NCBI GenBank assembly: GCA_047495785.1
Contig: JBLDXI010000066.1
Location: forward strand, 496,001-560,000
From: Lepidodermella squamata
Taxonomy: Eukaryota > Animalia > Gastrotricha
DNA: 64,000 nucleotides
Direction of reading: 5' to 3'
Below are positions 50,117 to 63,393 of this stretch, piece after piece; the first letter of the stretch is position 1; every line of letters begins with the position of its first letter. Both the position numbers and the translations under genes were made by a program. The notes beneath the pieces are model-generated. The model was not told the DNA's origin. It searched no databases and saw only the letters and a program-made list of their open reading frames with translations.

Positions 50117-50370
50117 ATCTGCTAGCAGGCTCCTTTTAAGTGTGACTTGTTATCTTGTCATGAGCGTTTTTTTTCAATCAGCAATTGAACCGCAGACCAC
50201 AGACCGATCAGAATGCGTGGGTGATAACAGCAGAAATTGGCTGTAAACTGTACACACGTTCCAAAAGATTTTCCAGCGAAATTCGAGATTTTGCGGTGAA
50301 ATTCAGGTGAAGCTGCGTGGGTTATTATAATTTTTTAATAATTCTGCATTTTTTATCACATTTTTCCAAG
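50117..50370 (-). repeat. Duplicated upstream/promoter region of Ly6 copy 2
   Basis: Matches about 45311-45490 and continues into about 46980-47035 once the 45.5-47-kb transposon is removed. Confidence 0.7.
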
Positions 50371-50663
50371 AGTTAAAAGTAAACTATTTGACATGAAGGT
50401 GCAATTAATTTTGATCTAAAATATAAATCTATTAAAATGTAATTCTAAAAATTTAAATTCCCAGTTTAAACAATTGAGTTAGAGCTAAAATTGATTGATT
50501 CCTGATTAAAAAAAACAACAATTTTTTCAATAGGTAGGTGATTTTTTAAAATTTTAAAATAATTGAATTTATTCCAGAGTTTATTCCAAGACAAATGTTT
50601 TTGAGTTTTTATTTTCATCACACTCAAGATTTGTAAGAGGAAAATACTGTGAGACTAATGCGA

Positions 50664-52758
50664 TCAAAATGTCTCTTCGATTTCCAAGTCATTAGCGCCT
50701 CGATTTTGCTGCTGCCTCAATCGAATGTCACCCCTCGTCTCGCGCCGGCAGTTCAACGCGATAATGGTCATCGGCAGGTAAATAACCGATGCCAGGATCA
50801 AACTGGTCGGCAGTAGTAGTAGCATAGCCCGGTTCAAGCTCAAATCCGGCAGACTCATCAGCTTTTCAATCGCCCAGGGCGAAGCCTCGTCACCGATGCC
50901 TTCAATGAGCAGTTCCGTCGAAATTGCAGCACCCCGCCGGCCGGGTCGAACCAGCTGGAATTGAACCTCATCAATGACGACATGGGTGAAAGTCATCGCG
51001 GCAAGATAGGAGGTGTTGCAGACCCAGAAAATCAGGCTTAACGTGTCCAGATCCTCGTTTTCGTAGGCCTTGGTCAGAAGCAATGAAGTGGTTAGAGCGA
51101 CTGTTGAGCTGATGACTGAGAATCCGAGGACGAAAGCTAGGACTGAGTCGAATCTTGAAAGGCGATTGACGTGGAATTTCAGGAATAGGGAGGAGGCCAT
51201 TGCGCCGATTATACAGCCGAAAATAATTTGAAACGGGAAATAATACAATGTCCTGTCAAAAAATTGAAAAAAATGTAAAATTAGATCACATTTTTTGAAA
51301 ATTTAAAAATTTGAGATTTTCTGAAATTTTTGAAAAATTTTAGAATCTTTGAAATTTCAAATTTCAAGAAATTAAATCGAAATTATTATTCATTTCCAAG
51401 ATTTTGGAACCCCCTAACCAAACCCTAAAAACCTAATTTGATAACAGCAGAGAGCTACGAAAAATGGGGGAAAATAAAAATTTACCTGAATTTTGACAAT
51501 TTAAATTCCTAAAAAATTAATAACTTACTCCCGAACAGGAACCAGCTTCTCGTAATATTTGAGGCCCCAGAAAATGAAGCCATTTTTAGCGAACAAACTC
51601 AGCGCTTGGCAAGCTGTCATAGATTGGAACAACATCCTAAGAAAAAAAACCCAGAAAAATCGTGAAAATATTTGAAATTAGCTATTTCTACTAACCGTTT
51701 CGCCATAATATTGTTAGGTTCGAAAGGCGTTTCAATATGGCTGTGGGTATTAGCCGGTTCACAGCAGAGAAAATCACTCTTCAAAGTCGTAACCTCCTTC
51801 TCGACATCAGGATTCGCCGGCGAAAGGCAGGCCCGAAAAAATACGGGCGGCAAATTATCGAGCCGATAATTGAATCGAATGTACAAATTCACGCCGATTG
51901 TTGCCAAAAATCTATAAAAAAAATAATTTTAATAAATTAACAAAAAATTAGAGTGGAACTTACATGATTACAAATCCGAAAAAATAAATTGCGAAAATTA
52001 GATAGACATTTTCGGCGTATTTTTCGATTTCATCCTCGAGAATGCTTTTATCCTTCCGAGCCCAAAACAATCCGAACGCTCTAGATAAAAAATTAGGAAA
52101 ATTCATCGATTTTTAAATTAATTTATTTTTTTACATTCCAATTCCTTCCATGGTTGTTGCGAGAAATAACCGTAGATGCCGTTGGTCTTGTTTGTAGAAA
52201 AAATTTAAACAGCCCTCGGTTGACGAAACAACAGCAGCATCACCCAGGCCGGTCAGGGTCATCATGAGACCAAACAGCCAAAATTGTTTGTCCTCGCTAA
52301 CAGCAGCGGTTTGTAAACAAAATTTAGCACCGATTAAAAACGACGGAGTGCAGGCGAGAAGGAGTACGAGTAAAACCAGGTGGCAGCACGGAATTTTTCG
52401 ATTGATAAAACACCGATTCATGCCGAGGAGGAAGAAAGCACCCAGGGCAGTTAGGCAGCCGCAAAATAGTTGAACCAGCGTGATTGAATCGTCATCTTCC
52501 GCCAAGTCGTAAACTTTTTTCAGCATATCGATGGCTCCTGAAAAATTGAAAAAATTGCGAAAAAAATCCAGCTTAATTTAACAATTTTACCTGCTAAATA
52601 AAATTTCTTCCAGCCGATAAGAAACGGCATTATACAGGTCATTAAAACCCATGGCAAACTATAAACTGCGGAATAAATTCAAAAAATTAATTGCGGTGAT
52701 ATGAATTTCGGAAAATCTCACCGTAAGCCAAGGCCCATGCAACATAATCATTCGCCAT
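50664..52758 (-). CDS. Highly divergent Spinster-like MFS transporter (multi-exon)
   Basis: Many TM exons; GAIDMLKKVYDL.EDD....LVQ.F...MNR..INRK and RRGAAI..ELLI..IGDEASPWAI resemble Spinster N- and C-terminal motifs. Confidence 0.6.
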
Positions 52759-53321
52759 TTTTTATTCTCAGTGAAAAATAGTAACCAATATTTTTTTGTA
52801 TTACTATTATTTCTTGTTTAATATCAAAATATGTGTATTGATTGATTTTATTATAATATTCAACGACGTCCTATTATTTTTTTCTTCGTCGTCTTCCGCT
52901 TCTCTTGACAGGCCGCGTTATTGCTATTGGCATAGTAGCGTTGTTTCTTTCAATGGAAACCAGTGTGAAAATCGAATAGTGGTTCGTGCTTGCTGTTATT
53001 CTGTGATTTTAATGACCCAGGTCCAGCGGCGACGCATTTTATTACGAAGCGGGTCGCGTTCTTCGTGTCGATGACCCATTTATATCAAACAAAATTTCGG
53101 CAGGTCATGACTTAAATTATTTTATTATACCTGAATTTATTTAAACAGACAGTTAAAAATCGTTTTTCCTTTTATTTGGCTGTTATCGCGATTATGAAAA
53201 TTCAGGGTTAGTTCTCTCAGCTAAAAAATGGAAGAAAAATGATGAAAAGACAGCGTTTTTCTATCGCTAAGTTTGTAGAGCAAGCGATTGCTCGCCACCC
53301 GCACAGAGTAGTGACAGCACT

Positions 53322-55579
53322 TCAAAACACAGTACCGGGCTCGAGATGCGCATGACTGTCGACGAGTAAATCTTTCGGGTTTTCAGGCGTTTTAGCCGCC
53401 TTGTCGAGGACAACCAAAAATTGATGCATTTTACGAGTGACGCGATCGACTAAGAGTCGGCCGTTATCAGGCCTGAAAAAATAAATAAAAATGACTCAGC
53501 TGACAACTGAATGAAGTTGAAATGGAAGGAATCTAAATTTTTGAGAAAAATTGTTAAAAATCCGTCTTAAAATAAATAAATTAAATAACTCGGTCATTAT
53601 CTTCGATTCGTGGTTGAACTGACGTTAAAATTGCTCCAATTTTCTTACATTTTTCTGAATTTATTCATTCGAGAATTAATAAGCAGTTCCCAATTTTTTA
53701 ATTATTTTAATTGTTTTAATTATTTTTTAATTTATTTTCTATGAAAAAATTGAAATTTTTGAAAAATCACAGGAAAAATTCAGGTTCTTCTTCTCATAAT
53801 ATTGCTCATTTCCAGAGCTCTCTAATCGGCTGAAATAGGAAATAAACGAAAAATGAGTTATAAAATTGGTAAAAAAAAATAAAATTCAATATATATAGCT
53901 TGAAAGAAAATTCAAGGTTGAAAATTAAACTTTTTTTAAAATTTTTATTAAAAAATAAATAATTAATAATAAATGTTAGAAATTTCTTTAAAATGTTTCA
54001 AAATTTTCTGAAATAACGAAAAATACTGAAAAAGCCGAAAAAGACAAAATTTAGCATATGAAAAGTTTGTCTCACGTGGCCGGGAAATGTCTTCTTTTCG
54101 CACTATGATGACGACTGTATGGCTGTGACGGACGGCGGCGTGGCGTTGCCTCGGCAGCAGCTCCGAAGTCGGTGCGACTTCGCGACGGCGCTTGACGACG
54201 GGTATCGCTTCGATCCTCTGCAAGCGTCACATCGGCAAGCGTCAGGAAGGTATTGACAAGACAAGGCGAAGAATCTGCTTAGCATTATCACCGTTAACAC
54301 AGCAAACAAAACAAAATTACCATTTTTAAACTTTCGAGCGTACTTGCTTCGATGACGGTCTGCGACGGCTTCCGCTTCTCCCACGCGCCTTCAGCTTTCA
54401 ACGCCCGTTCCGCCGCCCAAATGGATGTCCGACGCACCTGTCGCTCCTGGTCTTTCAACTGGCAGAGATGCCTTGCGTTCTTCACGGTTTCACTCAACAA
54501 AGCTGTGGCGTCGTCTTTCCTCGTTAGATAGTTCTCAGGACGGGCGTAGTTGCCAGGGCAGGGCAGACGGCCTTGCGTGATTTCAAAGCCTTCACTGACG
54601 AATTGAGACATTTTCTGAGCTCGCCTCACAGCGTATTTGTTGGTGTTGTTCAAGTAGTAGGCGTCGAATACCATAGGCCGGAGGACTCGCTTTGAAGCTT
54701 CGAGTTTCGTTAGATTTTCATGGCGATCACGCGATTTCACGCCTTGTGACACGGCTAGCTCCTGAAAGATTCAAATCACATTCTAACAGATCTTGGAAAT
54801 GGGTCTGAAAGCTTGCAAAGTGCTTGAAACCCCAGGACAGTGGACAAAGTATAGGGTATTTTCAGCCCCGAATTTAACTGACCAAACGGTACCCCAGTGG
54901 TTCTTTCGTGTTTTCTTAGCAGGGCGTCTTGAGAAGGGCTTGCGGTACCCCCGTACCCCTGAGTTTCGCACACTGCCCCAGAAAACAACTTTTCGTGCTT
55001 GGAAATCCTCATTTTTGGGTTCCAGCAATCAATCTGTGGCTACTAGTAGATTCCCCAGATATTGGTTTTTGAATTCCAGAAAGTTGGAAATTGAACCCTG
55101 AGATTGACACTGACGCTGATAAGAGTAGCTGAATTCATAAGGAAAATTCCTGATCCCTGGGTCTTAGGTCGTGCGGTGGAAACTTTACTAGAAAGAATGG
55201 GAAATCGTTAGAACTACCAAAGGAAAATCAGAGGAACCCAACTTTGGTTCCTGGGGAACCTTCCAACTCTGAGCCATACAAGTTTGATCACTGAAATGTT
55301 GATAGAAGACTGTGGTTTACTCTAAGGACGTACCTGAATGTCCTTCAGCTCGTTGACGAGTTGCATCTTGACGTGCCCATAATAATCGGCGATTTTATTG
55401 CGCTCAACGCGCAACGTTTGCATTGTCCGCGCGAATTGCGAATTAAGGCGGATATTCTGCGTTTCAGCCCGCGATTGGCTAGCTGTCCGCCTGAGGCCAC
55501 CCTCGCCAGTCAGCTTACTGCGCTTGGACACAGATTTCGGGTCCGCGGACCCACCCTCAGTCATCGGCCGATCTGCCAT
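53322..55579 (-). CDS. Uncharacterised multi-exon basic/coiled-coil protein
   Basis: GC-richer open exons with GT-AG borders (about 55579-55334, 54762-54344, 54273-54074 and 53472-53322); no recognised domain; 3' structure uncertain. Confidence 0.55.
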
Positions 55580-55864
55580 GTCCGAGAAAAGTGACAATAA
55601 AATGAAATGCACCTTGAGCGAAATTTTTTTTCGCACCCCGGTGATATGAATGGCCTTTCAAAGCGCGTGACAAATTGAATGCGGCGACATGAAAACAAGT
55701 AATTATTTTGCTCTGTCTGGTTGATTACAAACCATTTTTTGCGAGCTCAATTGTGAAAGAGGGCGTTGAACCGAATTCAGGACTTATACCCGTCGCCCGG
55801 TAGCAAACAGACAAAAAGACGGTACTCTGAAAGCTTATTAAAGTATTTATTTGAAAAAACTCAA

Positions 55865-57310
55865 TCAGAACGGAGTAGTGATACAGCATTCGTGCCCAGG
55901 GAAAGCATATAAGCTGAAGTCAATGATCCAGAGCAGAAAATTGCCGACTATCAACAGCGTCACCACAGCAAGCTGGCCGGACGAGAAAACGTGCCCAAGG
56001 AAGACGGTGATGAGCATGAAAATGAAGGCGAACATGTCGAGGATGAAGAAAGATAACGTCAGTTGTACCTCGGTCAGATGCCGATACCGGTTGTTCAACG
56101 GCAGAATGGCAAAGCAAACCAAAACGTGCCACATAAATACAGGGAATAGGGTTGACATTTGAAAGTCGATAGCGCCCTTGTGATGCCACCGATCGCGATT
56201 CTCCAAATAGAAATCTTGGTAAGAAAATAGAGCGATGACGATGCATGTCAGTAGCGAAAAGCCGCAATTCGCAGCTTTAGTCACAACGCCGAACAGAAAG
56301 GACTGAAGTCTTTTCGATTTATAAACGTATTTATCGTGATTTCTCGCTACGAAGTTATCGCTCTTCCTCGGCCTTCGATGGTTGAAAACATGAGCAACGT
56401 GGGCCAGTAGAGTGAGAATCGAGAATGCCACGCACCATTTGAATAGCCGTGAAACAGGCGTTCTAGGCGAGTAGTAAAAATCCGAATTATTCAGCTCATC
56501 GTCCTCCTTATTATTCGAGCTGATGTACATGAGGCAAACGGATGAAACGAAGAGAAAGATCGCGTCCAACCCGTAGAACAGCGCGACCGCTATAAATTCG
56601 GCGATACTTTCGTACGTTGACTTATCGAGCATGCCAAAGGCGAAACACGCGTGGACAACCGTGGCGATTAATGGGAATTGAATCGGTGATAACACGTCGT
56701 CGCACTCATTCGTGCAGTTCGTGAAATTTCGACCCTTCTCCTCAGCTACAGCATGCTGTTGTTCCCAGGCAATAGGAAACCGTGTCTCGCGTTTTTGCCG
56801 GCCAGTTTCGTTCTTCTCGGCGCCAGTTCCGTCTTCGTAGTCGCTGTGGTGGAAGAATAGATCTGTTTCGTTGCGAGAGACCAAAACGCGGAGAACCATT
56901 GGATCTCCGTCGTCGTAGAACCCGGGCGAGACTCGCCATTCGTGGCGAACGTTGTCGAAGTCGGAGCGGCATTTTCTCAGGCAAGTTGAGTCGTTGTAGT
57001 AACTGAAAGCTGCTGAGTAAACCCAGATAATCTGGCCTAGCGCCATGAGGCAATTAAGGGCTTTGAGCCCTACCGCGATTTTCGGATATCGGAACATAAA
57101 TACTGGCAGTTGGGCGGTTGTCATGACGCCGTTTGATTGTTGGGTTGAGTGGTTAATTGGAGGCGCGGATGGTCTGATTTCGACCTCTGAGTTCGGTCTG
57201 CTGTTTGAGTTTTGATCACCAGGGTCTACAACCAAGTCCATTTGATCGTCGGCTTCATTTTGAAGGCGAGTGAAACCGAAAGCTCGCTGAAGATCATATG
57301 CCACAGCCAT
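55865..57310 (-). CDS. Intronless 8-TM protein (array member 1)
   Basis: 481 aa; FR..KIA.GLK..NC; Cys-pair-bounded loop containing RQKR; second K..NC half; W..DF.L..FP end. Confidence 0.85.
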   Translation of the reverse strand: MAVAYDLQRAFGFTRLQNEADDQMDLVVDPGDQNSNSRPNSEVEIRPSAPPINHSTQQSNGVMTTAQLPVFMFRYPKIAVGLKALNCLMALGQIIWVYSAAFSYYNDSTCLRKCRSDFDNVRHEWRVSPGFYDDGDPMVLRVLVSRNETDLFFHHSDYEDGTGAEKNETGRQKRETRFPIAWEQQHAVAEEKGRNFTNCTNECDDVLSPIQFPLIATVVHACFAFGMLDKSTYESIAEFIAVALFYGLDAIFLFVSSVCLMYISSNNKEDDELNNSDFYYSPRTPVSRLFKWCVAFSILTLLAHVAHVFNHRRPRKSDNFVARNHDKYVYKSKRLQSFLFGVVTKAANCGFSLLTCIVIALFSYQDFYLENRDRWHHKGAIDFQMSTLFPVFMWHVLVCFAILPLNNRYRHLTEVQLTLSFFILDMFAFIFMLITVFLGHVFSSGQLAVVTLLIVGNFLLWIIDFSLYAFPGHECCITTPF

Positions 57311-58398
57311 TCTATGAAATTACCTAATAATACTTCCTAATAATAAAATTATTAGAAAACCTTAACGAATCGGGTTAAAATCGGGAAAATTAAAGAAAAA
57401 TGACCTAACTATGGCGCAATTGGAATTGAGGTTCCAGCGTTAGAATAAGTGAGCACATCAATCATGTACGATAGCAAATGTTTCTAAATAAAATTTCCTC
57501 TAAATCTCGCCGTGTTTGTTAAGATCAAGATCTTAAGTTGGCTGCAAAAAACTTATCTTGCGTAAATGCGTGATTTTCATGAATGAGTGTTTTTTGCTGG
57601 ACGTGGAAGAATAATTTGGATAATTCGGGGTTATTTTTAGCCACAATGACCTTTGGACCTTATGAAAATCACAAAATTCGGGAATTAGAATCGAGACTCC
57701 GTGTCCTAATACGTCTCATGCTGAATTCGAGCGTCGTGGCACTAAAATTTGAAAATAACTCGTAAATTACTTGTAAATCGTCTGATTCCTAATCAATTAG
57801 TGGAATCAATTGAAATAAATAATTGCGAATTCCAATATTCGGGCGAATTCGGGCGAAGGGAAATACTTCATATTATAAAGAATCCTAATAAATCTTGATA
57901 ACGAAATGCACACAGTACTTATATATGCATGGTAAGCTAATTTAAGTTCTGGAAGTATTTTTGTGGGTTTGCCTATATCACAACATCCTAGCATCATAGC
58001 ATCAATACCTATATGCTACAAAAATTATAACTATCGCGCTGTAGTATAGGTATTAGTATTAGGCATTCCACAAAACATAGAACTAACTATACAAGGTGAC
58101 ACAAACACACATACTCACGCATTTACGAAGCTGATGCGTCATGTGTTCGCATATATACATACTACTATGGCACTCGTAATGCCTTATGTCTGTATAGCTT
58201 AGTACTAAAGCACAAAACCCGGCTTGTTTTCTGCTTTCTGTTTTTGTGTGATGTGTCAATGAGCGCAGTCGCTTAATTCAGCTTACGCGGAGATGATTCA
58301 GAGATCTCTCATAAAAACAGCTTTTGAGATTCTCAAAAAAATAACTTCGGAAATGAATAAGGAATGTTATGAAAAGGCAGCTTTATTTTATTTTGAAC

Positions 58399-59820
58399 TC
58401 AAAAGGGCGTTTTGTTACAACAAATATGTCCAGGAAAGGCATGCAGTCCAAAGTCGACAATCCAAGGTAAGGGAATTATAACTACAGCCGCGGTTAAAAT
58501 CGCAACATGGCCTATTGAAGATTGGGTGGCCAGACCTAGACCTATGACGATGATTACCTGCACCCACCAAATAATCGTATTAATGATGAAAAATGACAAA
58601 GTCGTCTGAACTTGAGCCTTGTGTCTATACCGATTCGAATTTGGTAAAACAGCGACGCAAGAGAGTGTATGGAACAGAAGAGTCGGTAAAGATACGGTCA
58701 ATGCCGCCTCGATATCGATGTTTTGATGCCATTCGCCGAAATTATCACTGTACAGAGTATGAAAACCAGAAATCGTTACAGCGATAAGGACCAAAATTGC
58801 CAGGGAACATTGTGCGGTTTTCATGGCGATCGCAAACCACGGCCCTTGCAATTTCGCGTGGCGATACACGAAATTTTGATGCCGCCTTGGCGAAGGGAAG
58901 TTATCAGACTTTAGAGGTGGCCGTAAATTGACCAACTGGCCGATATGGCAGGCCAGCCCAATTATTCCAGTGACGATCGCAGCTTTTTCATACGAAATGA
59001 TGGAGATCCTCGGAAACAAGTGGGTGTGAAAACGGTCCTCTATTTCTTCCTGCCCTGGGAAGCTCTCCTTGTTAACAATCGTTATGTAAATCAAACAAAT
59101 CGCTGAAATCGATTGCCCTAGTGAATCAACTGCATGAAGAACAGTTAGAGCTATAAACTCCAACGGCTTGAATAGCTCGAATTTCGGAATGATCGCGAAG
59201 ACTAAGCAAGCATGAAGCAGGGTGAGAATTAACGGACCTTGAATGACCCAAATCAGGCCGTCGCAATCTTTCTGACATTGCGTGAAGTTTCCAGTGGCTT
59301 CTTGCTGTTCGCTGCTGATATTTGGTGGGTGCCAGAATATCTCGTTAATCTCCCCAGCTGTTTTCAGGGTCCCATTGAAAATTTCAAGGTCGTCATCTTC
59401 TTCATACACAGATTCTGGCATTATAATAGCTCCTGAGTTGGTTCGAGGAACAATTTCTTGGAATGAATCGATATTCCAAGTTCTTGCTGTCTTGGTGTAG
59501 TCTAAACGGCATTTCAGTAGGCAAGTTGAGCTGTTGTAGTAAAGGAAAGCCGTTGTGAAGACCAGAAAAATTTGGACAAGGCTCATGGCACAGTTCAGGA
59601 CTTTCAAGGCTATCGCGAGTTTTCGATTCCGGAAAGCTTCGACAGGTCTGTTCGTGCTTGTGACTGGAGGGTCGTGGTAAACTCGCTGTTGTGACGCTGA
59701 ATTTGCATGATTACTAGGTTGATCGGCTGTGGAAGGTGTTTCAGCTTCGCTAGGGGAGTCATATTCGTCTTCCTCCAGCTGCGAGAAGCCGAAAAATTCG
59801 TTGTAAGGTGTAACTGGCAT
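58399..59820 (-). CDS. Intronless 8-TM protein (array member 2)
   Basis: 473 aa; same motifs; ends FPGHICCNKTPF, like member 1. Confidence 0.85.
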   Translation of the reverse strand: MPVTPYNEFFGFSQLEEDEYDSPSEAETPSTADQPSNHANSASQQRVYHDPPVTSTNRPVEAFRNRKLAIALKVLNCAMSLVQIFLVFTTAFLYYNSSTCLLKCRLDYTKTARTWNIDSFQEIVPRTNSGAIIMPESVYEEDDDLEIFNGTLKTAGEINEIFWHPPNISSEQQEATGNFTQCQKDCDGLIWVIQGPLILTLLHACLVFAIIPKFELFKPLEFIALTVLHAVDSLGQSISAICLIYITIVNKESFPGQEEIEDRFHTHLFPRISIISYEKAAIVTGIIGLACHIGQLVNLRPPLKSDNFPSPRRHQNFVYRHAKLQGPWFAIAMKTAQCSLAILVLIAVTISGFHTLYSDNFGEWHQNIDIEAALTVSLPTLLFHTLSCVAVLPNSNRYRHKAQVQTTLSFFIINTIIWWVQVIIVIGLGLATQSSIGHVAILTAAVVIIPLPWIVDFGLHAFPGHICCNKTPF

Positions 59821-60462
59821 TATGTAGAGTTTAAGACTAATACATCACGTATGAAATCTCACGTGTGGCGTGAGGCAAGCAATAACTATTAAATAGTTTC
59901 AATTTCTGAGTACATAAAACAACGTGTGTTTAGCTTTGACAGGGGCAGAATAATCATTTATAACTCAATATCTGTTGAAATCAGCATTTAAAATTTGGGA
60001 TGGTTCTGTAGGTGTTTAACTAGGTTCGATCTTTTTTCCGATTTCAAAACTTACCTGGGCGTCACTAAGGCCATAGACCTCACACAATTTGCAACAAAGC
60101 AACGCAATTAGGATAAGCTGGAACAGTGACTAGGATTTAACGAGCTGAAATGAAAGAGTTGAATGTTGGATGAATTAATTTGATTTGGCAGCATTATTTG
60201 CCTCTTCGACCCTAAAGATTCGTATTTTTATCGTAAAAAACACTGAAGTCTGCCGATAGCCTTGGGAATGCAGTTTAGGAATATTTCCATACGCAAGATT
60301 ATTGACGCGTTAACGTAATTGAGCCAATTTACAATATTATTGGGCTTTTCGTTTTTCGTTGCTAAGGACTCTGAACACAGGAAACTTTATCGTAATTTCA
60401 GATAAAGATAACTCTGATTTTTTATTTTAAAAAAATATCCTTTTAATATCTGTTAAAACCTA

Positions 60463-61557
60463 TCAGAATGGAAAAGAGTGAAGAGCAAAATCAAAAAGCC
60501 AAACAACAGGCGTCACGGTTATGGATACGAAGGGCGCCGTTAGCAAATAAGGATTCGTGACGTAGAAAAACACGACGGCAATCACGGCAAAGGTCCATAG
60601 AATGATGCTTACAATGTAAAATGCCATAGTAACTTTAGCTTGGCAAAGCTGTTTATACCGATTCGAGGATGGCAGGACGGCGCAACAGATCAAAGCGTGG
60701 TAGGTGAAACATGGGAAAAATATCGTCATCATTTGCAGCAACCTTTCGTTAACCAATTCAGCGTCATCGTAATTCACATCCATGAAAATGTTGAAATAGT
60801 AAAGTGGTGATGCAATTGCGTTCAAAGCTGCGATCGAACAATTCAGGGCTTTCATTCCGAATGAAAACTGCCGGGAGTGGAGATTAGTCTGGCGGTAGAC
60901 GTAGACAAAAATACTGCTATCTGGCACAGGAGGCGGGAATTTTTCAGATTTTCTCGGCCTGTAAAAATTGACAAGTACAACAAGCTGGCCAACAAAGGCC
61001 GAAGTCGCAATTGCAATAGCAATTTTGAAAATTGTTGAAAAATTCAGTATTTCACTCGAAAAAATTTGAGCTTCGAGCGATATGTATCCTTTTGATGTTA
61101 AATTAACGTAAACGATAACGAGGCAGATCACGGATCCAGCTTGTAAAATGGCGTCTATCCCATGAACGATGAAATTAATGGTGTATTCAATAGCACTCCG
61201 AATCCGCCATAGATCGACAATTGAGAAGGCAATGCAGCAATTGACAATAGCAGCGACGATAGAGAATTGGATTGGTTTAAAGCTCTGGTAACACGCGTTC
61301 GAACAATTTTTCACCGTTTGATTGCTGTTTCCTTCCCACTCCGGGCAGACTGTTTCGCAGGTTGCAACTTGCTTGAAGGTGAAGGCCATGAATAGGATGA
61401 TAGCGATTAGCAAGAGTCCAACGATGCAATTGACGACTTTCATCCCAAAGGCGAGCTTGCTACTGCGGAACATTCGAACAGTCCTAGACCGGCTTGGCTT
61501 CTTCGAATCACCACCGAGAGGTAAACGTTCAATTTCGTCATTTTGAGCATGCGACAT
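60463..61557 (-). CDS. Intronless 8-TM protein (array member 3, short loop)
   Basis: Likely start MSHAQN; FRSSKLAFGMKVVNC...FSFGMKALNC...WLFDFALHSFPF. Confidence 0.85.
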   Translation of the reverse strand: MSHAQNDEIERLPLGGDSKKPSRSRTVRMFRSSKLAFGMKVVNCIVGLLLIAIILFMAFTFKQVATCETVCPEWEGNSNQTVKNCSNACYQSFKPIQFSIVAAIVNCCIAFSIVDLWRIRSAIEYTINFIVHGIDAILQAGSVICLVIVYVNLTSKGYISLEAQIFSSEILNFSTIFKIAIAIATSAFVGQLVVLVNFYRPRKSEKFPPPVPDSSIFVYVYRQTNLHSRQFSFGMKALNCSIAALNAIASPLYYFNIFMDVNYDDAELVNERLLQMMTIFFPCFTYHALICCAVLPSSNRYKQLCQAKVTMAFYIVSIILWTFAVIAVVFFYVTNPYLLTAPFVSITVTPVVWLFDFALHSFPF

Positions 61558-61684
61558 GGCTATACAGTTGTAAATCAACCTGCTTGTAGTGTGAATGTGG
61601 TAAAATATGCTTGCATAATATGTGTAAGTACCCACACATAAAAACTATGCCTGGTTAGTGTGTGCACGTTACGTGTTTTTTTTA

Positions 61685-62890
61685 TTACTTGAAATCGTAT
61701 CTAAAGTTGTGCAAGGAGAAGTCGTTTATCCAAAACAGCCAAGTTACAACAACGAAAATCAACGGTAAATCGAAAAACTGAAGCGGCATCGCGCGGCTCA
61801 CCAGAGCGTAACTAAGTACAAAAATAGCGCCTAACAACAAAATTGTGTTCACGATGAAAAAAGCTAGTGTAGCCTTGATTTCACACCGGCTTTTGTAATA
61901 TTTCAACGATGGAAGTATTGCCCAAGAAGTTATAGCGTGATAGAGAAAAACCGGGAACAAAACTTGCATAAGTCCCTCTGTTGAATGGAGTCGCCATTCT
62001 GTAGTTGGCTCATCGACCCAAATTTGATCGTATTTCATATCGTAGTAGCAATAGTAGAGGTAAAAAACGAAGGTAAACACATTCAAAGTCGCAGTAAAAC
62101 TTCCGACTAATTTCATAGTGATACCACCCCTTCCTTCACTCATGCAATTAGACCGGTAAACTAAAGCAGTTTGACCGAGTCGAATTTTAGGAAATTCCCA
62201 ATGAAGAATAATCCGGACATTAACAACTTGAAGTAGCTGAAAGAAACAGGATAATGTTGACACGGTTAGGGTGATATTGAATAGGATAACGAATTCAAAC
62301 CATTGATACCTGAATTTTCTAGGTAAAACTCTGATTTCAGGGTCGTTGTAATCGTAGAAAGACCTGGTTGCGTATAAATAGAACAGAACCCATGTTGAGG
62401 AGAAGAGCAAGGCGGTATTTAGGGTTTGAGTAATAGTCAAACTGACAAAGTTGAAGTAATTTCTCACAAATTTTTGACCAATCATGCAAAACGTGCATAT
62501 AGGGTGGATGACACATGAGGCGAGGCAAACTTGCAGCAGAAGTTTAGGCAGCCATAAACAGTATTTAACGCAATCTTGCCATTGTGAAATTTCGAAAATC
62601 TGCTCGAATTTTGTCATATTGTTCCAGGTTGGGCCGTTCTCTCTGGGGTTGGGGCATTGATGGGTTTGGCAGTCGGATTGATTGAAAAAGTGGAAGGCAA
62701 CCGCGATGATGCAGGGAACTTGGAGCAGACTCAGAATGCTGTTGATAATCGTCAATGCTAGGCCCAGTTTCTGACTTCGGAAAAGAGGAATCTCGATTGG
62801 AACCGAAGGGATTCGCGCCCGTTGATTGTTGAGGAGTGCTGATTCAGCTTCCTGGTTGATCCATATTGGTTGGGACGAATCGCTTGCCAT
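61685..62890 (-). CDS. Intronless 8-TM protein (array member 4)
   Basis: 401 aa; FRSQKLG; C...C/C...C loop; FPVFLYHAI...ILPS; WINDFSLH. Confidence 0.85.
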   Translation of the reverse strand: MASDSSQPIWINQEAESALLNNQRARIPSVPIEIPLFRSQKLGLALTIINSILSLLQVPCIIAVAFHFFNQSDCQTHQCPNPRENGPTWNNMTKFEQIFEISQWQDCVKYCLWLPKLLLQVCLASCVIHPICTFCMIGQKFVRNYFNFVSLTITQTLNTALLFSSTWVLFYLYATRSFYDYNDPEIRVLPRKFRYQWFEFVILFNITLTVSTLSCFFQLLQVVNVRIILHWEFPKIRLGQTALVYRSNCMSEGRGGITMKLVGSFTATLNVFTFVFYLYYCYYDMKYDQIWVDEPTTEWRLHSTEGLMQVLFPVFLYHAITSWAILPSLKYYKSRCEIKATLAFFIVNTILLLGAIFVLSYALVSRAMPLQFFDLPLIFVVVTWLFWINDFSLHNFRYDFK

Positions 62891-63393
62891 AAGGAACTGC
62901 CGTTGGTTTAATCCGTTAAAATCCTAAATATAAGGAATTGCTTAGAATCTAGAACGCCTTTTGTCGTTTTGACCCGAGTTGGATCAAAATCTGGCTAAAT
63001 TTCCCTTAAAAGCCTGCTATATCTTTACCTTCCCCTTGCCAAAAGGACGAACGTAATTCGTAGTATGGTAATTGGCGCCCTAATTTAGCGTATAGCGTAC
63101 AATTATCTTGGAGGCTAAACTGTACGTGTTAACAATCCTTACCGCACCTTAAGTATTTACCATCTGAGCACTCCGATGACTAGCGACTATTGTTTCCAAT
63201 GGCTGCCTATTATCCGCCGCGGCCCATCATAGCGATGAGTGTTAGTAGCGTTCATTCACTGCGTCTATTTACTCAAGGCAAGTCACCATCTTATCCTCGG
63301 CTCCTATTCGCAAAAAAATCCCTGGAAAATATACATAGCAGTATCATCATATTACGCATCTTTATTATATTATCATATTGTGAGGAAAAAAAA

